64,000 nucleotides of DNA, from positions 17,269 through 81,268 of the IMG/VR virus record IMGVR_UViG_3300005533_000009. One strand, 5' to 3'. Under the pieces are notes generated by a model. It had not been told where the DNA came from. It saw only the letters and a program-made list of their open reading frames with translations, and did not search any database. This DNA comes from a virus. The position numbers and the translations under genes were made by a program. Numbering within the stretch: the first letter of the stretch is position 1; each line of letters opens with the position of its first letter. This document shows, piece after piece, positions 57,993 through 64,000 of the stretch.

Positions 57993-58385
57993 TTAATTAA
58001 CTACTTTACGTCCATGGGTTAGTGTAATGGTTCTGTCTTCCTTTGGTGAGTATTCCTGCCAAGTTTTAGCCCACGGTCCTCGAATCGAAATGGCCCATGC
58101 ATCAGTAATTGGTATGATCTTATGCATCAAACCACGAGGAGTGTATTTTATATTTCCAGCATCCCATCGCTTGCACAATTCACACCATACTCCACCATGT
58201 ACATGTTCAGTTACGGAACCCTTTAACCACAGGGTTACCGCATTAAAGGCATGACTATGGAAAGCTTCTCTAGTTCCACCGAAATGTAGAAGCACGATAG
58301 AGAACAGAGATTTAATCTCAATCAGGAAATATCCTGTGACTGGTGATTCAGGTCCACCGTCTTTAGCTTTGGATAAAAACTTCAT
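57993..58385 (-). CDS. Cupin-like protein
   Basis: FHSH...E...HKI pattern. Confidence 0.55.
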   Translation of the reverse strand: MKFLSKAKDGGPESPVTGYFLIEIKSLFSIVLLHFGGTREAFHSHAFNAVTLWLKGSVTEHVHGGVWCELCKRWDAGNIKYTPRGLMHKIIPITDAWAISIRGPWAKTWQEYSPKEDRTITLTHGRKVVN

Positions 58386-58861
58386 TAACCCACCTTTGAC
58401 AATAAGATCATCTCAGTTAGTTTAATCGCATCATTTACATTCGTCACTCTGAAGTGTGTCGTGTTGTCTACCATGGGATGTGAATGCACATTACCTTCTT
58501 CCATAATAAGAATAGCAGGTACACGAGCCGCGTCTGCCCATCCCAGTTCAATCATAGTTCCGATAGACACTTTCTTAGCACCAAGAAGATTAAAGATTAC
58601 AAGGTCTGAGCCCATGCAATCATATCGGTCACGAGTAGTAATACCTTTGCCACTTGACAGAGGAAACTCATCATATGATCCTTCCAAATTTCCTTTATCA
58701 GCTAGATAATCTTTACCTCGTAACGGGGAATATGCTTTAATCGCTGGGTGTATTGCCTGCCTAAAATCCTCTCTCCAATTTTGCCCCTCATCAAACGTCA
58801 ACCCACTAATGGGTCCAGCCAAATATACTTTAAACTCTTTCAAGCTTTTCCACCTTTTCAA
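58385..58861 (-). CDS. Nucleoside 2-deoxyribosyltransferase-like protein
   Basis: VYLAGPI...D...SDLV...SIGTMIELGWA. Confidence 0.8.
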   Translation of the reverse strand: MKRWKSLKEFKVYLAGPISGLTFDEGQNWREDFRQAIHPAIKAYSPLRGKDYLADKGNLEGSYDEFPLSSGKGITTRDRYDCMGSDLVIFNLLGAKKVSIGTMIELGWADAARVPAILIMEEGNVHSHPMVDNTTHFRVTNVNDAIKLTEMILLSKVG

Positions 58862-59216
58862 TCTGTGATGTAGTAAATACCGCAGGAATTTCTCTTTCTA
58901 GGGTAGGTGAATATCTCATATGTCCCTCAAGGCTAAATTCCATGAACATACCGTTACCAATATACCCTAGCTTTAGCATAGAACCACCAAAAGTAGAACC
59001 ATGTATATGTGCTTCTACAGGAGCAGGAGCACCAACCCTAGGGTTTGTACTTTGTAAAAAGAACTTGTCGGATTCATCCTTATGGATTTGATAGCGGGAA
59101 TTACGTGTTTGTACTAGTATGGTTTCTCCCGGCAAGATGTTTTCCAAATAGATGCCGCCTAGCACTTCTGATCGAGCAATATTGTCGTTGATTGAATCAC
59201 TTAGATTTGGATGCAT
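58830..59216 (-). CDS. Hypothetical protein
   Basis: 128-aa ORF in operon. Confidence 0.5.
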   Translation of the reverse strand: MHPNLSDSINDNIARSEVLGGIYLENILPGETILVQTRNSRYQIHKDESDKFFLQSTNPRVGAPAPVEAHIHGSTFGGSMLKLGYIGNGMFMEFSLEGHMRYSPTLEREIPAVFTTSQIEKVEKLERV

Positions 59217-59405
59217 ACTTGTCCTTTATCAAAGGGAACACTACATTATCAAAAATACGTCCAGTCTTTTGATGCTTATCATTAGTTTGGGTACCATATG
59301 CAGCATCCAAATCTTCAATGATTTTTATCGCTGCTTTTTTAAAAGCAACTCTATCTTCTTCAAATTGAGCATACTGTTTTGCATTTAGTTTACTTGGATT
59401 ATTAT

Positions 59406-59651
59406 CTACAATCTTTCGCTTAACCATACTCCTACCTGCCCTCCTAAAATTCCACCTAACATATATCCTATCATAGCTGTTGTAGAATGTGGGTTCTCTG
59501 CTATATGTTTGACAATCAGAAATCCTACAGCGCATATAAGAGCATCACTGATACCAACCCACAAGTATTTCTTAGAAGCCACTGCCGCCATATTGATCGT
59601 AATGATGAGGTATTGTGCAAACTGTATGGCGAAAAATATTAAGAAGATCAT
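59406..59651 (-). CDS. Small multi-TM membrane protein
   Basis: Three hydrophobic segments; GYMLGGILG. Confidence 0.55.
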   Translation of the reverse strand: MIFLIFFAIQFAQYLIITINMAAVASKKYLWVGISDALICAVGFLIVKHIAENPHSTTAMIGYMLGGILGGQVGVWLSERL

Positions 59652-59658
59652 TTACCAC

Positions 59659-59853
59659 CTACCACCCATCATGTCCTCCTTGCACTTCAATTAAGGCTAT
59701 CAAGGTTATGATCAATACGGCAGCTATTCCAAACGACATCAGTTCAAACCATAGTATGTGAATTTCGTGATAGCACGCAATCCCATTTAATATTACCAAA
59801 CCAATACTTACAATCCAAAGCCATAATTTAGCGAGTGTTTTGCTCATCGTCAT
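59659..59853 (-). CDS. Small membrane protein
   Basis: Two hydrophobic segments. Confidence 0.45.
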   Translation of the reverse strand: MTMSKTLAKLWLWIVSIGLVILNGIACYHEIHILWFELMSFGIAAVLIITLIALIEVQGGHDGW

Positions 59854-60088
59854 CCTTGTTTAGCTTGTTTATCTCTTTACCGTAGGTAGAAATATTGAAA
59901 TCCTTTGCCATATGGTGCTCTAGGTGCCTAATGCATATCTCTAGCTCTTCTGCCATCTTCTCTTCCAGCACTGTATGGTAGATATCAGGACGGGTTAACA
60001 GTGCTAGACCATCTGACCAAAGTTCATGCAACTCTGCCAGATGGTCTACCCGTCTACCTACATGATCCATATCCATCATTTCTTTCAT
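59828..60088 (-). CDS. Hypothetical protein
   Basis: Coupled ORF. Confidence 0.45.
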   Translation of the reverse strand: MKEMMDMDHVGRRVDHLAELHELWSDGLALLTRPDIYHTVLEEKMAEELEICIRHLEHHMAKDFNISTYGKEINKLNKDDDEQNTR

Positions 60089-60480
60089 GCAGACTCTTCT
60101 GCCACTACTTGAAGCTGCGAATCAGGGGAATTGTAATATGCTTCTCGTGCTGGTTTTGGGACAATAATGCAGCCATCACTGGCTGACAATGGCTTACCAT
60201 CTAGTCTATCTCCATGCATGAAGAAACCTGAACGTCCAAACATTTCATTGTTTGAGTCAGGAATCAATGGGATTGCAAAAGCACCTAAATGACTTCCTTC
60301 TACTGCTGTACCATGAGTATATAAGCCCACAGGGAGAGGGCCGATACTCTGTTTGCTCTGAAGATCAGGATTATTTACTCCATCTAGCCTGAGGCCATGG
60401 TCCCCACCAGCATATCCCTTCGCAATCTTTTTGCCATCCGGGTCATAAAAATTACCTGTTCTCTGTACATACTTCCACAT
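60085..60480 (-). CDS. Tlde1/DUF2778-like L,D-transpeptidase-fold protein
   Basis: GYAG..NNP...GPLPVGLY...GRSGFFMHGD...ASDGCII (His-x-Cys catalytic pattern). Confidence 0.75.
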   Translation of the reverse strand: MWKYVQRTGNFYDPDGKKIAKGYAGGDHGLRLDGVNNPDLQSKQSIGPLPVGLYTHGTAVEGSHLGAFAIPLIPDSNNEMFGRSGFFMHGDRLDGKPLSASDGCIIVPKPAREAYYNSPDSQLQVVAEESA

Positions 60481-60601
60481 TTATTCAAACTCCACTTCGT
60501 ATCCGGCTTTTTTAAATTCTTCTGCTCGTTTATCGGCAGATTTTTTATCAAGATTGTCGGATATAACGGTTCTATTGCCATCCGGGTATTCATTTAGAAT
60601 T

Positions 60602-60961
60602 TTATATGACAGCTTGATTATTACTTTGTGTTTCATGCGCTTGTACCGTTACCTTACAAGGTTTTTTGCAGTTGTCACATCTCCAATGTCCCAGCCCGTT
60701 AACTTGGGTAAAATCGGTCTGCTCGTTGTCATCATTACGCTTTGCTTTTAGTGCTGAGCCTACTCTTGGCTTTTTTGTTGACGTGCCGCAACATTTGCTG
60801 ATGTATGCCTTGACGGGAGGCAAGCTCGGCTTCGAAAAGCTTTTTCCTTTTTTCTTTCTGTTCTTTCGTTTCTTGCCCGAGTGCCCACCAGACGAGCCAT
60901 GCCCAGTACTGTTCTTGCCCTGCTGCGGTTGTGAGGTCGTAGGTTTCAATTGAGTATTCAT
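60602..60961 (-). CDS. Basic protein with Cys motifs
   Basis: Lys-rich; SKCC...WRCDNCKKPC. Confidence 0.45.
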   Translation of the reverse strand: MNTQLKPTTSQPQQGKNSTGHGSSGGHSGKKRKNRKKKGKSFSKPSLPPVKAYISKCCGTSTKKPRVGSALKAKRNDDNEQTDFTQVNGLGHWRCDNCKKPCKVTVQAHETQSNNQAVI

Positions 60962-60972
60962 TCATTTTACCT

Positions 60973-61527
60973 TCATCTCTTCTTTTTAGTTAGTTGTTTG
61001 AACCGCTTTATGTATTCTTTTTCAGCCTGTGCTGTAGACCAGCAATATAGCTTAATGTCAGTGATAGGAAAGTCATCAGCCCATCCACCAACGTTTCTCA
61101 TAAGCTTTCTAGCTTCCAGCCCCAGCATAATGTTATCTACCGCTTTTATAGCTGATTTGTCTACAGGTATAACATTGAATTTAGAATAAATTGCGTTTGT
61201 AATTTTGTTCTCTAGTTCAATATATGGCTCTTTGATTAAAGTAAAATGTTTTGCTGGCCGATTAAGATCAGATAAGTATGCCTCTGAAGCGTCATGTAGC
61301 AACCCCTCTAAGGCATACTCCTTTGAGCATAGATGACTTACATGTATACAATGCTCTGCAATTGAATAGAAGGTTTTAACGTGACCTGTAAAACGGCATT
61401 GCATCGCCAATGAATGAGCTATATCCTTAATGTCGATTTCTTCCGGCTTGGGGTTAAGGATATGAAACTTGTGGCCTCTAAATGTTTCTACCCAAGGGTC
61501 TTTGCCACCGTTATAGTCTACGTTCAT
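60973..61527 (-). CDS. HD-domain phosphohydrolase (YfdR/YfbR-like)
   Basis: DIAHSLA..CRFTGH..YSIAEH..LLHDASEAYLSD. Confidence 0.85.
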   Translation of the reverse strand: MNVDYNGGKDPWVETFRGHKFHILNPKPEEIDIKDIAHSLAMQCRFTGHVKTFYSIAEHCIHVSHLCSKEYALEGLLHDASEAYLSDLNRPAKHFTLIKEPYIELENKITNAIYSKFNVIPVDKSAIKAVDNIMLGLEARKLMRNVGGWADDFPITDIKLYCWSTAQAEKEYIKRFKQLTKKKR

Positions 61528-62390
61528 TACCTTCCTATAATACTATCTATTAGCTTTCTTCCTTCTTTAATTGGTAATTCTGCACCTGCGGCATGTTTAT
61601 GTCCTCCACCACCAAGAGTTTTGGCGATGGTTGAGACATCTACATCACTGCCCTGTTTTGATCTAAAGCTAAACTGAATAATTCCATCATTACGTTCAAA
61701 CCATGACATGCCGACATCATATTGGTCTGATAGAACGTTGCCCACCTCTGAGCAGTTAGGATAAGGAGCATTAACAATACCTACAGTAAACATTCGGTTC
61801 ATTTCCGGCATTCCTAACGAACCTTTTGAGTGATTAGCTACAATTTTCTCTACGTAATGTTTAACGTGAGAAAGAGCACCTTCACCTCTACGAGCGGCCT
61901 CTTCCCAATCCAACGCATTAAGCTGATCCCATGCATAAAAGATTTGAGGCAGAGTCATAAGGTACGCATTGACTTCTCGTGACTTAGGAAGAGCATGTCT
62001 CCAAAGATCACGATCCTCAACATAATTAACGAACCATGTTCTAGGAAGAACCCCATACAATTCATCATACGTGATAGTAGCCCCACTGCGGTTCATATCA
62101 AACACAATGGTTGAATGTGGATACTGCTCCTGCAATCCTTCTAGTTCTTTCTGTGCAGTTTGATGATGATCGTAAATAGTAACTGTGGGAATCTTATCCA
62201 GAATCTCAATCATCTGGGGACGCTTAAATGAGAAATCTACCATCAACAGGACTTCATGCCCTACCATGGCTTCCCAAGGAACAGGTTCCCCGTAGGCCAT
62301 GCCATGTAGCACAGCCTCAGGGAACTGTTTCTTTACCAAGTAAGCAGCACACCATCCATCAGGACACCCTTTATGGAAAATAACTAGCAT
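61527..62390 (-). CDS. DHH/DHHA1 phosphoesterase
   Basis: CPDG, YDHH, EDRDLW, GGGGHKHAAG. Confidence 0.85.
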   Translation of the reverse strand: MLVIFHKGCPDGWCAAYLVKKQFPEAVLHGMAYGEPVPWEAMVGHEVLLMVDFSFKRPQMIEILDKIPTVTIYDHHQTAQKELEGLQEQYPHSTIVFDMNRSGATITYDELYGVLPRTWFVNYVEDRDLWRHALPKSREVNAYLMTLPQIFYAWDQLNALDWEEAARRGEGALSHVKHYVEKIVANHSKGSLGMPEMNRMFTVGIVNAPYPNCSEVGNVLSDQYDVGMSWFERNDGIIQFSFRSKQGSDVDVSTIAKTLGGGGHKHAAGAELPIKEGRKLIDSIIGR

Positions 62391-62902
62391 TGTTTTAAAG
62401 ACCTCATTTTTATGTACATTGAACGTTGACTGTACATATGTTTTAAAGAAGGTTTAGTACTGTGTTTATTCATAGCGTTTTGAAATTTCAACAATAGTTT
62501 ACCTTGTTTCTTCTTAAGTTTTAAATAGGGCAGTAATTGGACTATCAACAATGCAGCCTGCTTAGACCACACAGCCCATGTCCATGCATTTTTGTGGTTC
62601 TTTTTATGAACAGGCTTAAAACATACACTTCCTAATTTTACTGTCTTGTGAATCCATCTTATAGTAGATTCGGAAGTCATATGTACGTTTATCGTTCCTC
62701 TGTATGCATATGGGTGCTTTTTATAGTCTTTTTGTTTTTGCCTATTAATACTTATACAACCCTCTCCGTCAACAATACCCGCTAAGTAAGCTAAATCCAC
62801 AGGGTTTAATTTGGATAGATGACCTTCCTGTGCTTTCTTTTGTATATTCCTTAGCTTTTTTCTAGCAGCACGTTCTTCAATTTCCTTCTTACTTCTTGAC
62901 AT
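62384..62902 (-). CDS. Free-standing LAGLIDADG endonuclease
   Basis: AYLAGIVDGEGCI; LLPYLKLKKKQ. Confidence 0.85.
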   Translation of the reverse strand: MSRSKKEIEERAARKKLRNIQKKAQEGHLSKLNPVDLAYLAGIVDGEGCISINRQKQKDYKKHPYAYRGTINVHMTSESTIRWIHKTVKLGSVCFKPVHKKNHKNAWTWAVWSKQAALLIVQLLPYLKLKKKQGKLLLKFQNAMNKHSTKPSLKHMYSQRSMYIKMRSLKQC

Positions 62903-62905
62903 AAA

Positions 62906-64000
62906 TCATACGGTAGTTTTTGGCAAGGAATCACCAGCTTTAATAAACGCTGCAATCTTGCCTTTCACTTTCTCTAAAGTTTTTGGACTATTAAGTAGTA
63001 CTTCTTTTAGTTCTTCTTTCCCATGGGCAAGCTTTTCTCCGTCCAGAGAATACCAGCCGTTAGCAGTAACATCCAGAATACCCATATTGGCAGCGAATTC
63101 AATGGTATTACCTTCTTTGTCAAATCCGTCTTCATAGATAAGATCAAGCTCTGTTTCTCTGAATGGTACTCCAACTTTATTTTTTACTGCCTTCACTCTA
63201 ATGCGATGACCGATGATGTTCTTATCTGTCTCTTTACCTGAGAGAGTAATAGCATCACGTCTACGCACATCCAGACGTACAGAAGAATAGAACTTTAATG
63301 CTCTACCACCGGGGGTAGTTTCAGGGTTACCATACATCACACCAATTTTCTCACGAATCTGGTTGATAAAAATGATGGTCACCTGATTGGTGAATGCTAT
63401 GCTAGACAGCTTACGCATAGCTTGCGACATCATACGTGCCTGAAGACCTACGTGCGTATCTCCCATCTCACCTTCAAGCTCAGCTTTAGGTGTAAGGGCC
63501 GCAGCAGAATCCACCACAATTAAGCTTACTGCGCCGGATTTGATAAGGGCTTCTACGATTGATAATGCCTGCTCTCCATAATCCGGCTGATTAACTACCA
63601 ATTTGTCTACATCAACCCCAAGCTTCGTAGCATACTTTGGATCAAAGGTGTGCTCAGCATCAACAAAAGCTGCGATTCCACCTTGTCTTTGCTCTTCAGC
63701 AACAACATGTAGAGTAAATGTAGTCTTACCAGCAGATTCAGGACCAAAAATTTCAACTATTCTTCCCCTTGGTATACCTCCGCATTGCATTACTTCATAG
63801 TCAAAGGTGGGGAGCCCGACGTTAATGCTGGGTATAGCTACTATTTTCTTATCGTCTAAACGCTGTAGTGTATTTTCTGTCTTAAACTGCTTGTCTAGTT
63901 TGGCTGACAAGGCGAAAAGCGTCTCGAATTTCTCAAGATCAGTCTGAGGCTTTTTAACTACCTCTACTTGCTTTTCTTCTTTCTCTTTCTTTTTTCCGAA
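62906..64000 (-). CDS. recA: RecA recombinase (frame open to window end; true start lies outside the window)
   Basis: GGIPRGRIVEIFGPESAGKTT; QARMMSQAMRKL; PETTPGGRALKFYSSVRLDVRR. Confidence 0.95.
   Translation of the reverse strand, partial: FGKKKEKEEKQVEVVKKPQTDLEKFETLFALSAKLDKQFKTENTLQRLDDKKIVAIPSINVGLPTFDYEVMQCGGIPRGRIVEIFGPESAGKTTFTLHVVAEEQRQGGIAAFVDAEHTFDPKYATKLGVDVDKLVVNQPDYGEQALSIVEALIKSGAVSLIVVDSAAALTPKAELEGEMGDTHVGLQARMMSQAMRKLSSIAFTNQVTIIFINQIREKIGVMYGNPETTPGGRALKFYSSVRLDVRRRDAITLSGKETDKNIIGHRIRVKAVKNKVGVPFRETELDLIYEDGFDKEGNTIEFAANMGILDVTANGWYSLDGEKLAHGKEELKEVLLNSPKTLEKVKGKIAAFIKAGDSLPKTTV

Noticed and set aside
60973-61527. DatZ / Z-genome (2-aminoadenine) system
   Set aside because: The HD protein looks YfdR-like and no purZ is in the window; insufficient evidence.
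103-63800. Short antisense and nested ORFs in the ORF track (e.g. 1666-2001, 5300-5647, 42533-43039, 57640-57987)
   Set aside because: They overlap longer, motif-bearing genes and lack RBSs or recognisable features; treated as shadow ORFs.
1-64000. CRISPR array, rRNA, integrase or transposase
   Set aside because: No regularly spaced direct repeats or recognisable motifs were seen by eye.
1-64000. Stop-codon reassignment
   Set aside because: TAA, TAG and TGA all end well-defined genes; the breaks seen are explained by introns or one frameshift.

Overview
The window is a segment of a large, AT-rich tailed-phage genome read in the standard genetic code. The + strand (1-57412) carries the virion morphogenesis operon: terminase C-terminus, portal, scaffold, major capsid protein, GroES-like co-chaperonin, adaptor, Ser/Thr/Gly-rich fibre proteins, a 1691-aa nozzle-like protein, ejection-like proteins and lysis-region membrane proteins. 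No tape measure or sheath is visible, so a podovirus-like virion is inferred. The - strand (57472-64000) carries accessory, nucleotide-metabolism and recombination genes ending in a partial recA. The capsid gene is split by two group I introns (10230-11020 with a LAGLIDADG ORF; 11915-12114, 200 nt, no ORF); removing them gives a continuous 447-aa protein. An 11-kb glycan cluster (gmd, fcl, RfbH-like dehydrase, epimerase, GT2/GT10/GT17/GT31-like transferases) sits among the structural genes. About 15 homing-endonuclease-like genes are present. The most striking unexplained signal is a covarying RNA element (hairpin, then a second hairpin whose loop pairs with the Shine-Dalgarno-proximal sequence as an H-type pseudoknot) in front of eight free-standing endonuclease genes from three families. 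Also notable are an anticodon-less tRNA mimic upstream of the capsid gene, a short RPL peptide shared by unrelated glycosyltransferases, a frameshifted fibre gene and apparent CCWGG avoidance. All calls were made by eye; no database search or folding program was run.
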